A stretch of 64,000 nucleotides of DNA from an uncultured Gemmatimonadales bacterium (GCA_963821525.1 CAWGED010000019.1:192001-256000), one strand, 5' to 3'; shown: positions 1 through 10,424, counted from the first letter of the stretch. Notes: generated by a model not told the origin, from the sequence alone. A program made the numbers and translations.

Positions 1-21
1 GAGGAATCCGGAGGGCGAGTC

Positions 22-1107
22 TCACGAGCGCGTTCCAACCGGGGTTGCTGCGGGTGTACTCGGTACCCGGTACTCGGTACTGGGTACTTTTTCTTTCCCT
101 TCCTCCGACCACGGCATCATTTCCCGCAGCCGGGCCCCCACCTGTTCGATTCCGCTGTCCCGCTCCTGTTCCCGTAGCTGGGCGAAGTGGGGACCGCCCG
201 CACGGCACTCGGCCAGCCATTCCTTCGCGAACGCGCCACTCTGGATGTCGGCGAGGATCTTCCGCATTTCCTGGCGAGTCTGCTCCGTGATGATCCGGGG
301 GCCCCGCGTGTAGTCGCCATATTCCGCGGTGTCGCTGATCGAATGCCGCATGAACTTGAGGCCGCCTCGATACATGAGGTCCACGATCAGCTTGAGCTCG
401 TGGAGACACTCGAAGTAGGCCATCTCCGGCTGGTAGCCGGCCTCCACCAAGGTGTCGAACCCGGCTTTCACGAGGGCCGTAGCGCCGCCGCACAAGACGG
501 CTTGCTCGCCGAAGAGGTCCGTTTCGGTCTCTTCCCGGAAACTCGTCTCGATGACACCGGCACGGGTGCAACCGATTCCCGCGGCGTACGCGAGCGCATT
601 GGCGAGCGCCTCGCCACTCGCATCCTGGTGCACCGCGACGAGCGCCGGGACGCCCCGCCCCGCCTCATACTCGCTTCGTACAAGATGACCGGGAGATTTG
701 GGCGCAATCATGCTCACATCCACGTTCTTCGGTGGCCCCACCTCTCCGAAATGGATGTTGAACCCGTGGGCAAACATCAGGGTTTTCCCGGCCTCTAACG
801 CAGGCGCCACGTCCGCCTCGTACACGGCGCGACCGTCCTGATCCGGAACCAGGATCATGATCGTGTCGGCCGCACGCGCAGCATCAGCGACAGGACGAAC
901 ATCGAGTCCCACCGCCTTGGCCTTCGCCCACGATCCGCCGCCTGGCCGGAGGCCGACGATGACCTTGGCGCCACTCTCTTTGAGGTTGAGCGCATGGGCG
1001 TGGCCCTGGCTGCCATAGCCGATGATGGCGAAGGTCCGGTCTTTGAGTCGGGTGCGATCCGCATCGGCATCGTAGAACACGCGCGGACCCTGCTGGGAAT
1101 CGGTCAT
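22..1107 (-). CDS. ilvC: Ketol-acid reductoisomerase
   Basis: [22 protein letters not shown] and [16 protein letters not shown] motifs; start overlaps the ilvN stop (TAATG); C-terminal tail partly encoded by a 7-mer array. Confidence 0.97.
   Translation of the reverse strand: MTDSQQGPRVFYDADADRTRLKDRTFAIIGYGSQGHAHALNLKESGAKVIVGLRPGGGSWAKAKAVGLDVRPVADAARAADTIMILVPDQDGRAVYEADVAPALEAGKTLMFAHGFNIHFGEVGPPKNVDVSMIAPKSPGHLVRSEYEAGRGVPALVAVHQDASGEALANALAYAAGIGCTRAGVIETSFREETETDLFGEQAVLCGGATALVKAGFDTLVEAGYQPEMAYFECLHELKLIVDLMYRGGLKFMRHSISDTAEYGDYTRGPRIITEQTRQEMRKILADIQSGAFAKEWLAECRAGGPHFAQLREQERDSGIEQVGARLREMMPWSEEGKEKVPSTEYRVPSTPAATPVGTRS
56..88. repeat. Heptamer tandem array (GTACYCG-like x5) inside the ilvC 3' end
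   Basis: GTACTCG GTACCCG GTACTCG GTACTGG GTACT read directly; reverse complement matches the AGTACCG units at 24943 and 25180. Confidence 0.85.
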
Positions 1108-1676
1108 TAGTCGTCTCGCAAAGTGAGAACTGATTGGTATCGCTCGGAGTCAATATCAGGTATCGACCGAGTCTCAAACCCGGCCGACGTGGTTCCCGGC
1201 CTGCTCACCGCGACGACGCCGCTGCGAGCCACATCGATGACGCCGCAGGGCTCCAGCGCGCGAATCAGTGAGAGCACCATGGGGCCGGGGCCGGTCACCT
1301 CGAGCAGGGCCTCGTCACGACTCTCCTCGAGCACGGTCGCGCCGAAACGGCCCGCGGTATCGAGCACTTCGGCGTATCGCCCCGTCGTCCGCACCCTGAT
1401 CAAGGCGAGCTCGCGGGAGGCCACCGAAGCCTCGGGTTCGGCCGCCGCACCCCGGACACCGATCACCTTTCGGAGCTGGCGGACCAGCCGGTCGACCGCA
1501 CCCTCATCCGCCCGCACCACGATGGTGACCCGGGCTACTCCGGCCTCCTGGCCCGAGCCGATCGAGAGGCTTTCAATCGCGAGGTTGCGACGGCGCACGA
1601 CTCCCACCAGCCGGTTGAACGCGAGGAATTCGTCTTCCAGGCCGACGCAGATGCTGTAGGCGGCAGACGAGGTCAC
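1107..1676 (-). CDS. ilvN: Acetolactate synthase small (regulatory, ACT) subunit
   Basis: ACT-like [20 protein letters not shown]...RQLRKVIGV...RELALIRV...[13 protein letters not shown] at 1676 overlaps the ilvB stop (GTGA); the longer 1946 start in the ORF track overlaps ilvB. Confidence 0.9.
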   Translation of the reverse strand: MTSSAAYSICVGLEDEFLAFNRLVGVVRRRNLAIESLSIGSGQEAGVARVTIVVRADEGAVDRLVRQLRKVIGVRGAAAEPEASVASRELALIRVRTTGRYAEVLDTAGRFGATVLEESRDEALLEVTGPGPMVLSLIRALEPCGVIDVARSGVVAVSRPGTTSAGFETRSIPDIDSERYQSVLTLRDD

Positions 1677-3364
1677 GGTGAGGCGAGCGGTGCGGGTTCC
1701 GATTCGATCGGCTCGGACAGCGTCGCGCCGGGTGGAATCATCGGGAAGACGTTCGCTTCCTGCTCGATCACGAACTCGACCAGGGCGGGACCAGGGTCGC
1801 GCAGCGCGCGAGCGACTGCCTCCTCGATCTGTCGCGCGTGTTCGACGCGGTAACCGGCGATGCCGTACGCCTCCGCGAGACGTACGTAGTCCGGGCTCCA
1901 GATCGGTGTCGCCGAATAGCGGCGGCCGTGGAAGAACTGCTGCCACTGGCGCACCATGCCGAGGTATCCGTTGTTGAAGATCGCCATCTTCACCGGAATC
2001 TTCTCCTGCACCATGGTGGCGATCTCCTGCATGTTCATCTGAAACCCGCCGTCACCCGAGATGGCCCAGACGGGCCGGTCGGGGCGAGCGAAGTGCACTC
2101 CAATCGCCGCAGGGACCGCGAACCCCATCGTGCCGAGCCCACCCGAGGTGATGTGGCTGTTGCGGGTATTGTAGGGATAGAGCTTGGCCACCCACATCTG
2201 GTGCTGACCCACGTCGGAGACAACGGTGCAATCGGGCCCGCTCATGTCACGGATGCCGCGGAGGATGCCTTCGGGAGACAGTTCGCCGCGATAGGTCTCA
2301 GAGCGCGGCCGAGTAAAGTCGCGAATTTCCTCGCGCCAAGCGTCACAGCGACGGGGGGCCACGAGCGCCGAGAGGCGACTCGTGAGATCTCTGGCATCGC
2401 CGACCAGTCCCAGTGCAACGGGAACGTTCTTCCCGATCTCCGAGGGATCGAGCTCGATGTGAATGATCCGGGCGCGGGGAGCAAATCCCGCCGTGTTGCC
2501 GGTCACCCGGTCGTCGAAGCGGAGTCCGATGCCGATGATGAGGTCGGCGTGCTGGATCGCGCGGTTGACGTGCACTTCTCCGTGCATGCCCGGCATGCCC
2601 AAATGCAGGTGATGACTCTCGGGAAATGCGCTGATGCCGAGCAGGGTAGTGACCACCGGGATGTCGGTCTTCTCGGCGAGGGCCAGCACCGCCTCGTAGG
2701 CACTGGCGAGTATCACGCCGTGTCCTACCATGAGGAGCGGACGCTCCGCTTCACCAATGAGCCGCGCGGCTTCCTGCAGTGCGGCGATCCCTGTGGGTGC
2801 CTCGCGATGCTTCCCATCCGAGGACACCGCGGTCACGCCCTCACTCCAGTCGATCTTCTGGTTCTGGACGTCCTTCGGGATGTCGATCAGCACCGGCCCG
2901 GGCCGCCCTGTAGTGGCGACCGCGAAAGCCTCGCGCAGCTTGGGAGCGAGTTCGGTGACGTCATTGATGGCGGCGCTGTGCTTCGTGATCGGCAGGGTAA
3001 TGCCGATGATATCCGTCTCCTGAAAGGCATCGCGACCGATCATGGCCCGTGGCACCTGGCCGGTGATTGCCACGACCGGCGAGCTGTCCATCTGGGCCGT
3101 GGCGAGTCCGGTCACCAGGTTGGTGGCGCCCGGTCCCGACGTCGCGACACACACTCCCGGCCGGCCGGAGGCGCGCGCGTAACCGTCCGCCGCATGCGCT
3201 GCGGCCTGTTCATGGCGCATCAACACGTGCCGAAGCTCGGGGAACTCCGGCAGGGCGTGGTAGAAAGGCATGATCGCGCCGCCCGGATACCCGAAGATCA
3301 GGTCCACCCCCTGCTCTCGGAGCAGGCGGCAGAGGAGCTGGGCGCCAGTCAATGACTCGGGCAT
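1673..3364 (-). CDS. ilvB: Acetolactate synthase large subunit
   Basis: IFGYPGGAIMP, RHEQAAAHAADGYAR, TSGPGATN and the ThDP motif GDGGFQMN...NNGYLGMVRQWQ. Confidence 0.97.
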   Translation of the reverse strand: MPESLTGAQLLCRLLREQGVDLIFGYPGGAIMPFYHALPEFPELRHVLMRHEQAAAHAADGYARASGRPGVCVATSGPGATNLVTGLATAQMDSSPVVAITGQVPRAMIGRDAFQETDIIGITLPITKHSAAINDVTELAPKLREAFAVATTGRPGPVLIDIPKDVQNQKIDWSEGVTAVSSDGKHREAPTGIAALQEAARLIGEAERPLLMVGHGVILASAYEAVLALAEKTDIPVVTTLLGISAFPESHHLHLGMPGMHGEVHVNRAIQHADLIIGIGLRFDDRVTGNTAGFAPRARIIHIELDPSEIGKNVPVALGLVGDARDLTSRLSALVAPRRCDAWREEIRDFTRPRSETYRGELSPEGILRGIRDMSGPDCTVVSDVGQHQMWVAKLYPYNTRNSHITSGGLGTMGFAVPAAIGVHFARPDRPVWAISGDGGFQMNMQEIATMVQEKIPVKMAIFNNGYLGMVRQWQQFFHGRRYSATPIWSPDYVRLAEAYGIAGYRVEHARQIEEAVARALRDPGPALVEFVIEQEANVFPMIPPGATLSEPIESEPAPLASP

Positions 3365-3382
3365 GGACGCTCTCGCGAATCA

Positions 3383-3470
3383 GTCATGGGTCGTGAGTCT
3401 TGAGTCCTGGGGTCGCTGGTCTCCGAGTCCGGGGCGGCCAAGCACGGACTCACGACTCAAGACCCATGAC
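3383..3470. repeat. Inverted pair of heptamer arrays (25-bp arms) between leuA and ilvB
   Basis: GTCATGGGTCGTGAGTCTTGAGTCC (3383-3407) versus GGACTCACGACTCAAGACCCATGAC (3446-3470): 23/25 complementary. Confidence 0.85.
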
Positions 3471-3472
3471 CG

Positions 3473-5026
3473 CTAGACTCCCCACAAGTACACCGAATTC
3501 AGCGACGACGCCTCCAGCACCTCAGCGTGCCGCTCCTTGTTGAGCGAATGCACCAGGGCCCGGGCACTCGCCTCCACGATGTCGGTCGAGGCACCCTGAC
3601 CCGTCATCGTCTTCCCACCAATCCGGGCCTGGAGGAAGACCTGACCCACGGAATCCCGGCCCGGAGTGACCGAGCGAAGTGACAGGCTCATCACCTCGAC
3701 CGGGCGATCGAGGATCTCGCTGATCGCGCTGAAGGCCGCCGCGATGGGCCCATCTCCGCTTCCTCGCGCAACTCGCTCCCCCGCCCACGGTCCGGTCATC
3801 TGAACCTCCGCCTCGGCAGGCACGCTCCCGCAGACGACCCGGAGCTTGGTGAGGTGGTATTCCTCCGGCGCGTCGTGGAAACTCTCGTGTACCAGTGCCA
3901 GCAGGTCCTCATCCAGAATCTCCCGCTTGCGATCGGCCAGCCGGATGAACTCCTGATAGAGATCCTGGAGCTGACGGTCGTCGAGCTGGTAGCCCAAGTC
4001 GCGATAGCGGCGTTCGAGCGCGTGCCGACCGGAATGCTTGCCGAGCACGAGGGTCGAGTGAGGTATCCCGACCGCTTCGGGCTTGATGATTTCGTAGGTG
4101 AGCCCGTTCTGCAGGATCCCGTGCTGATGAATCCCGGCCTCGTGGGCAAAGGCGTTGCGGCCCACGATCGCCTTGTTGGGCTGCGGGAAACTTCCGGTCA
4201 GGTAGGAGAGGAGCTGGCTGGTCCGGTAGATCTCCCGCGGATCCACGTTGCAGCGGAACGAGGCCACCTGAGGCCGGGTACGGCAGGTCATCACGATCTC
4301 CTCGAGCGCCGCGTTCCCTGCCCGCTCGCCGATCCCATTGACGGTACACTCGACCTGTCCCGCGCCGGCCTCGATCGCGGCCAGCGAATTGGCGACCGCA
4401 AGGCCCAGATCATCGTGGCAGTGCGCGCTGAAGATGACCCGCTCGCTTCCGGGGACGCGTTCGCGCACCGCGCGGAACATCGAGGCGTACTCCGCAGGCA
4501 GGGCGTATCCCACCGTATCGGGCAGGTTGATGGTCGTAGCGCCTTCCGCGATGGCCATTTCCACTATCTGGCAGAGGTAGTCGAGATCGGTCCGGCTCGC
4601 GTCTTCGGCGGAGAACTCGACGTCGTCGGTGTAGCTCCGCGCCTGGCGGATGGACTGGCGCGCCAGTTCGAGGACCTCTTCGCGAGTCAGCCTGAGCTTG
4701 TGCTCGAGGTGAAGCTCCGAGGTCGAGATGAAGATGTGGAGCCGGGGGCGCGCCGCATTCCGGATGGCATCGCCGGCGAGCGAGATGTCCTTCGGATGAC
4801 AACGCGCGAGCGCTGCCAGTACCGGGCGCCTGATTTCGCTGGTGATCTCCTGCACGCTGCGGAAGTCGCCCTCCGAGGCGGCGGGGAAGCCGGTCTCGAT
4901 GACATCGACCCCCAGAGCATCGAGCTGGCGGGCGAGGCGGAGCTTCTCCTCGGGCGTCATGGTGTTGCCTGGGGCCTGTTCCCCGTCCCGCAGGGTCGTG
5001 TCGAAAATGAGAACGTCCTTCAGCAT
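3473..5026 (-). CDS. leuA: 2-isopropylmalate synthase
   Basis: [30 protein letters not shown] and HEAGIHQHG motifs plus C-terminal regulatory domain; ATG at 5026 with AAGGAG upstream. Confidence 0.96.
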   Translation of the reverse strand: MLKDVLIFDTTLRDGEQAPGNTMTPEEKLRLARQLDALGVDVIETGFPAASEGDFRSVQEITSEIRRPVLAALARCHPKDISLAGDAIRNAARPRLHIFISTSELHLEHKLRLTREEVLELARQSIRQARSYTDDVEFSAEDASRTDLDYLCQIVEMAIAEGATTINLPDTVGYALPAEYASMFRAVRERVPGSERVIFSAHCHDDLGLAVANSLAAIEAGAGQVECTVNGIGERAGNAALEEIVMTCRTRPQVASFRCNVDPREIYRTSQLLSYLTGSFPQPNKAIVGRNAFAHEAGIHQHGILQNGLTYEIIKPEAVGIPHSTLVLGKHSGRHALERRYRDLGYQLDDRQLQDLYQEFIRLADRKREILDEDLLALVHESFHDAPEEYHLTKLRVVCGSVPAEAEVQMTGPWAGERVARGSGDGPIAAAFSAISEILDRPVEVMSLSLRSVTPGRDSVGQVFLQARIGGKTMTGQGASTDIVEASARALVHSLNKERHAEVLEASSLNSVYLWGV

Positions 5027-5051
5027 TGCGTCTCTCGTCTCCTTGGAGGCC

Positions 5052-5086
5052 AAAAAGAAAACCGCGGACCTTTTCGGGGTCCGCGG
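5052..5086 (-). terminator. Attenuator terminator of the leuA-ilv leader
   Basis: Minus strand CCGCGGACC-CCGAAAA-GGTCCGCGG followed by TTTTCTTTTT. Confidence 0.9.
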
Positions 5087-5111
5087 CGGGAAGGGCTCGA
5101 TGTTGTATCGA

Positions 5112-5216
5112 CTATGCTGCTTGCCCGTAAACGCCGCGATCCCCGCCGAGGCCCCTAAGGAGGACCAGGACGAGGCTAATAAGGACGAGGAGCAGGACGG
5201 ACGACATGTGAGGCAT
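5112..5216 (-). CDS. Branched-chain amino acid attenuator leader peptide, 34 aa (MPHMSSVLLLVLISLVLVLLRGLGGDRGVYGQAA)
   Basis: Hand translation; 13 of 14 consecutive codons are Leu/Val/Ile; GGAG upstream; directly precedes a terminator and leuA. Confidence 0.9.
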   Translation of the reverse strand: MPHMSSVLLLVLISLVLVLLRGLGGDRGVYGQAA

Positions 5217-5257
5217 CAGGCTCCGGCGCAGGGCAACATTATGCAATCACTGACTGT

Positions 5258-5286
5258 AGGCTACGGGTCGCCCGGCGATAAGTCAA
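5258..5286 (-). promoter_or_regulatory. Putative sigma70 promoter for the leu/ilv leader
   Basis: Minus strand TTGACT-17 nt-TAGCCT. Confidence 0.6.
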
Positions 5287-5609
5287 GCGACCGACCTGTC
5301 CTGACCGGAAACTGGCGCCGGTAGTCATCCCGGACGGCCACGAGACCATACTCTATTGAAGGACAAAGCGCCTGGTCACCAGCGCGTTCATTCGGGCAGC
5401 GGCCGAGGTTTTTGGTTACGTAGGCTCGGGCTTTCGGAGCGATATTGATCTTATGGGGGGGCCCCCGCTTAAGCAGGGCCGGGATTCCGGTGATGGAACG
5501 CACATTCCGCCACCAGGCGGACAGCGACACCGATCACTCGTCCCATCACAACCGAACGGTTCCTGCACCGGAACATTCTGACCATCGCCTTCCGCGCCAA
5601 TACCGGCCA

Positions 5610-5638
5610 TTGACCGCCCAACCACGGCGCCGTATAAT
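5610..5638 (+). promoter_or_regulatory. Near-consensus sigma70 promoter for the gltB leader
   Basis: TTGACC (5610-5615), 17-nt spacer, TATAAT (5633-5638). Confidence 0.85.
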
Positions 5639-5645
5639 TATTCAC

Positions 5646-5720
5646 ATGAGCCGTCGCAGCGTCCGAAACGCTAATCCGGTCGCCATCGCCGCCCTTACCA
5701 AAGGGTGGGGGCCGGGATAG
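5646..5720 (+). CDS. Putative leaderless attenuator peptide upstream of gltB, 24 aa (MSRRSVRNANPVAIAALTKGWGPG)
   Basis: ATG 7 nt after TATAAT; its 3' end (5709-5720) is complementary to 5741-5752, which overlaps a terminator arm. Confidence 0.75.
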   Translation: MSRRSVRNANPVAIAALTKGWGPG

Positions 5721-5747
5721 CGCGCGCGTTTGAACCGAACCTGTCCC

Positions 5748-5780
5748 GGCCCGCCCTCAAAACCAGCGCGGGCCTTTTTT
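5748..5780 (+). terminator. Intrinsic terminator (attenuator) before gltB
   Basis: GGCCCGC (5748-5754) / GCGGGCC (5768-5774) followed by TTTTTT, about 20 nt before the gltB ATG. Confidence 0.8.
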
Positions 5781-5799
5781 CTTGCACCATGGGAGCGCA

Positions 5800-8700
5800 A
5801 TGAACCCCACCAAGTCGAGCCGGACGGTCGGACTCCAATCGCTTCGAGAGCACGATGCCTGCGGGGTAGGCTTCATCGCCTGCGCCACTGGCGAGCGCTC
5901 TCACACCGTGGTGAAGATGGCACTCCAGGCCCTCGGACGAGTGGCCCATCGCGGGGCAGCTTCGACCGACAACTCGGGCGATGGTGCGGGTCTTCTCACT
6001 CAGATTCCCACCCGATTCTTCTATCGCGAGGGCTACCGGCTCGGCCTTGGTATTCAACCCGGATTTCCCTTCGCCGTGGGCGCCTTCTTCCTGCCGCGCG
6101 AAGCCTCGGCACTCGCCGCTGCCATCGCCCTGATCGAGCGGGTGGCGTTTCAGAACGGGCTTCCGCTTCTGGGGTGGCGAGATGTTCCGATCGAACCCGC
6201 AGCACTCGGCCCCCTTGCTCGGCAGACATGCCCGGTCATTCGACAGGTCTTCCTGGGGCGGCCGGCAGTGGACGACGATGACGCCTGGGAGCGAGTTCTC
6301 TATCTCGCGAGGCGGGACATCGAACGGGAGGCGAGAGCGAGGGGACTCAATGACCTTTACGTCTGCTCCCTCTCCTGCCGGACCATCGTGTACAAGGCGC
6401 TGCTGGTAGGCACTCAGCTCGCGACCTTCTACACCGATCTCCGCTTCCCGGAGTTCGAAACAGCGATCGCCGTTTTCCACCAGCGCTACTCGACCAACAC
6501 GCTGCCCAGTTGGCCGTTGGCCCAGCCCTTCCGGATGATCGCCCACAACGGCGAGATCAACACCCTCTGGGGTAATCGCAACGCGATGACGGCCCGGGAA
6601 GCAGACCTGGGTTCGCCCGTCTGGGGGAACAACATCGAACGGCTCAAACCGGTGATCTGGCCGGAAGGGAGCGATTCGGCGGGGTTCGACAACACAATGG
6701 AGTTGCTGGTACGCTCCGGTCGGACGCCAATGCACACAATCATGATGCTGGTCCCTCAGGCCTGGGAGCAGTATCCCGACGTAGAACCGGCGATTCGCGA
6801 CTTCTACCGCTTCCACGCCGAAGTGGTCGAGCCTTGGGATGGGCCGGCCGCGCTGGCGTTCAGCGATGGCATCGTGGCGGGTGCAGCGACCGACCGGAAC
6901 GGGCTCCGTCCTTGCCGCTACAAGGTCACCCGGGATCAGTTCGTGGTCGCCGGATCGGAGGTGGGGCTGGTAGATCTCGATCCGGCGGACGTACTGGAGA
7001 GCGGAAAACTGGGCCCCTGCGAGTTCCTCGTGGTGGATGTGACCCGAGGTCAGGTGCTGCGGAACATGGACGTGAAGCGCGAAGTCGCGTCGCGCCAGCC
7101 GTATGGACGGTGGGCGCGGGAGAATCTGCGGCTCCTGCTCCCCGACCTCGCCGCCAAGTCCGAATCGCCGGAACCCGGGTCGCTGGTTCCCCATCAGATC
7201 AGCTTCGGGTACGGCCATGAGGACTTGAGGTTCGTGCTCGAGTCCATGGCGACGCAGGGCAACGACACCATTTGGAGCATGGGAGACGACACGCCGATCC
7301 CACCGCTCTCCCGGCTGCCACAGTCGGTATACGCCTACTTCCGCCAACGGTTCGCGCAGGTCACCAATCCGCCGATTGATCCGCTGCGGGAGTCGGTGGT
7401 GATGTCGCTGCGACAGCACCTGGGTCGTCACGGCTCCTTTCTGGTGGAGAGTCCCACGCACGCGAGACTGCTTCGCGTCGATCATCCCATTCTGCTCGAG
7501 GCCGAGATGGCCTCGCTCAGGAGCCAGCCCGGATTCCCCAGCCTGACGCTCGACGCGACTTGGCACCGCAGTGAGGGAACCGAGGGCCTGCGAGACGCGC
7601 TCGACCGGCTGTGCGCCGAGGCGGAGCAGGGAGCGAGAACCGGAATTCGCCTCGTGATCGTCAGCGATCGCCAGGCGAATGCGGAGCGGGTGCCGGTTCC
7701 CATGCTGCTTGCCATCGGAGCGGTGCGTCGCCACCTGATGGATCGTGGGCTTCGCCTCAGGGTCGGCCTGGTCGCCGAGGCGGGAGACGCGTGGGACATC
7801 CATCATTTCGCGACACTGATCGGATACGGTGCGGAGCTGGTGTATCCCTGGTTGGCATTGAGGTCGGTCGGCACGATGGTGGAGGGGAAAGCGGACGGGA
7901 CGAACGGGACGGACAAGGCGGACGGCTGTCGCCGCTACAGGACGGCCGCCGAGAAGGGGCTGCTCAAGATCATGTCCAAGATGGGCATCTCCGTGCTTCC
8001 CTCGTACTGCGGTGCCCAGATCTTTGAATCGCTCGGACTCGGCGCCGAAGTGATCGATCGCTGCTTCCGCGATACGACCTCCGCACTCGGTGGACTCGGC
8101 TTCGATGAGCTCGCCGAGGACGCGCTTGCGCGACACCGCCAGGCTTGGAGTCCAGAACCGAGCCGCAGCGTTCCGGACCATGGCCGGATCCGGTTCCGCA
8201 AGGAAGGGGAGGATCACGGCTGGGCGCCGCCGATCGTTGTTGCCCTGCAGAAAACAGTCCGCGCGGAATCGGGTGAAAGGAAAGGAAAGTACCAGGAGTT
8301 CCTGAACAAGAACGCGCTGCGGCCACCGGCCGGGCCGCGGGATCTCCTCACTTTCCGCGAGTCGTCCCCAGTCCCACTGGAAGAGGTCGAACCGGTCGAG
8401 TCCATCCTCCGCCGGTTCGTCAGCTCGGCAATGTCGCTCGGCGCTCTGTCGCCCGAAGCCCACTCGACCATTTCCATCGCGATGAACCGGATGGGCGCGC
8501 GATCCAATTCGGGAGAAGGGGGAGAGGATCCGGCCTTCTACTCGCCGCTTCCCAATGGAGATCGGGCCGACAATCGAGTGAAGCAGGTGGCCTCAGGGCG
8601 ATTTGGTGTGACCACCGAGTACCTGATCCGTGCCGAGGAGTTGGAGATCAAGATCGTCCAGGGTGCGAAGCCGGGTGAAGGCGGCCAGCTGCCCGGCCAC

Positions 8701-10318
8701 AAGGTCACCGAGTTGATTGCCCGGCTGCGGCACGCAGTCGCCGGGGATCTCCCTCATTTCGCCGCCCCCGCACCATGACATCTACTCGATCGAGGATCTG
8801 GCCCAGCTGATCCACGATCTCAAGACGGTCAATCCTCGAGCCCGGATCGGTGTCAAACTGGTGGCCGAGACCGGAGTTGGCACGGTCGCGGCTGGTGTGG
8901 CAAAGGCGTATGCCGACTACGTACTGATCGCGGGGCACAACGGCGGGACCGGCGCTTCACCACTCTCGTCGATCAAGCACGCCGGAAGTCCGTGGGAGCT
9001 GGGACTCGCCGAGGCGCAGCAGGCGCTGGTGAGAAACGGGCTGCGGAGCAGAATCGAAGTCCGGGTGGATGGTGGCTTCAAGACTGGTCGAGACGTGGTG
9101 ATCGCCGCATTGCTTGGCGCGGAATCGTTTGGCTTCGGCACCGCACCGCTCGTGGCGCTGGGCTGCGCCATGGCGCGCCAGTGTCACCTCAACACCTGCC
9201 CCACCGGTGTCGCCACTCAGCGACCCGATCTTCGGGCCAAGTTCAGCGGCACCCCTGAACAGGTGATCGCCTACTTCACGCTGGTTGCCGAGGAAGTCCG
9301 GGCGATTCTCGCCGGGCTTGGCGTCCGCACGATCGACGGGATCATCGGGCGCGCAGATCTGCTCAAGCGAATCGAGCGTCCCGATCTGCCCCGGGCTCAA
9401 ATGCTGGATCTCTCAAACCTGCTGACTCGAGCGGACGAGGGTGGCGGAGCTTCACGGCGTCTCGTCGCCCGGAATGACCGGCCCGGTGTGGTCTCGCTCG
9501 ACCGCGAAATCCTGCAGGAGTGCCGAGGGCACATCGAGGCCGGACTGCCCTTCTCGGGACTCTATCAGATTCGGAACCATCACCTGACCGCTGGCGCGGG
9601 AGTCGCCGGTGCGATCGCTGAGCGATACGGTGACGCGGGACTACCCAACGGTCATCTCCAGCTCCGGTTCCTGGGCAGCGCGGGACAGAGTTTCGGAGCC
9701 TTCGCTACTCGCGGGATGCTGCTGGATCTCGAAGGAGAGGCGAACGACTACGTCGGCAAGGGTCTCTCGGGCGGCACGATCAGCATCCGGCCCTTTCGAA
9801 CCGCTGGGTACGCCGCCGCGACCCACGAGAACGTGATCCTCGGAAACACGGCACTCTACGGTGCAACTGCGGGCAAGTTGTTCGCGGCTGGACAGGCAGG
9901 CAGCCGCTTCGCGGTCCGAAACAGCGGCGCCATCGCGGTGATTGAAGGCGCCGGCAACCATTGCTGCGAGTACATGACCGGTGGGCTGGTCCTGGTGCTG
10001 GGCCCGATCGGCCGGAACTTTGGGGCTGGCATGAGCAACGGCGTCGCATACGTGCTCGATGAATCGGGTGGCTTTCCGTCGCGGGTCAACACCGAGATGG
10101 TCACGCTTGCTCTGTTCGAGGGACGCGACGAGTCGCTGGTGCAGTCGCTCTTGCACGAGCATCTCGAGCGGACCGGGAGCCCTCGCGCCGGCGCGTTGAT
10201 CGCGCGGTGGGACTACTATCGCGGCCTGTTCCGGAAGGTCGTCCCCAACACGCAGCCGGGAAAATCACCGGAGCCGGTCCAGCCCCCGATCCCCGAGGGC
10301 GCGGCAGCCCTGCGGTAG
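5800..10318 (+). CDS. gltB: Glutamate synthase large subunit, one frame break near 8740
   Basis: HDACGVGF (Ntn Cys), HQRYSTNT, HNGEINT, EPWDGPA, QGAKPGEGGQLPGHKV joined to SPPPHHDIYSIEDL, CHLNTCPTG and GXGXG C-terminal domain; joins ORFs 5782-8778 and 8717-10318. Confidence 0.95.
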
Positions 10319-10376
10319 GTCGGATAGAACGTTGGGGACAGGGTTTTCTCTTGCGGGTACCCGGGGTTTTCATTAA

Positions 10377-10396
10377 CTTGCTGTACGTCAAGCAAG
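10377..10396. promoter_or_regulatory. Palindrome, candidate TetR operator
   Basis: CTTGCT-GTACGTCA-AGCAAG about 30 nt upstream of the TetR gene. Confidence 0.45.
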
Positions 10397-10424
10397 CCAA
10401 AAACTTTCCCAAAACCGATGGCCT

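Noticed and set aside
1..25. Start of the next operon gene (GTG overlapping the ilvC stop)
   Set aside because: Only 8 codons are visible, so it cannot be identified
5695..8463. 922-aa antisense ORF opposite gltB, and similar long shadows (1838-3355, 3854-5158, 43326-45059, 49391-50755, 57704-59194, 59681-60832)
   Set aside because: Expected mirror ORFs of high-GC coding sequence; no recognisable motifs and each overlaps a well-supported gene
8717..8778. Programmed frameshifting or true pseudogenes at the split genes
   Set aside because: No shared slippery motif, unrelated and often essential genes affected, both halves intact; sequencing error is simpler
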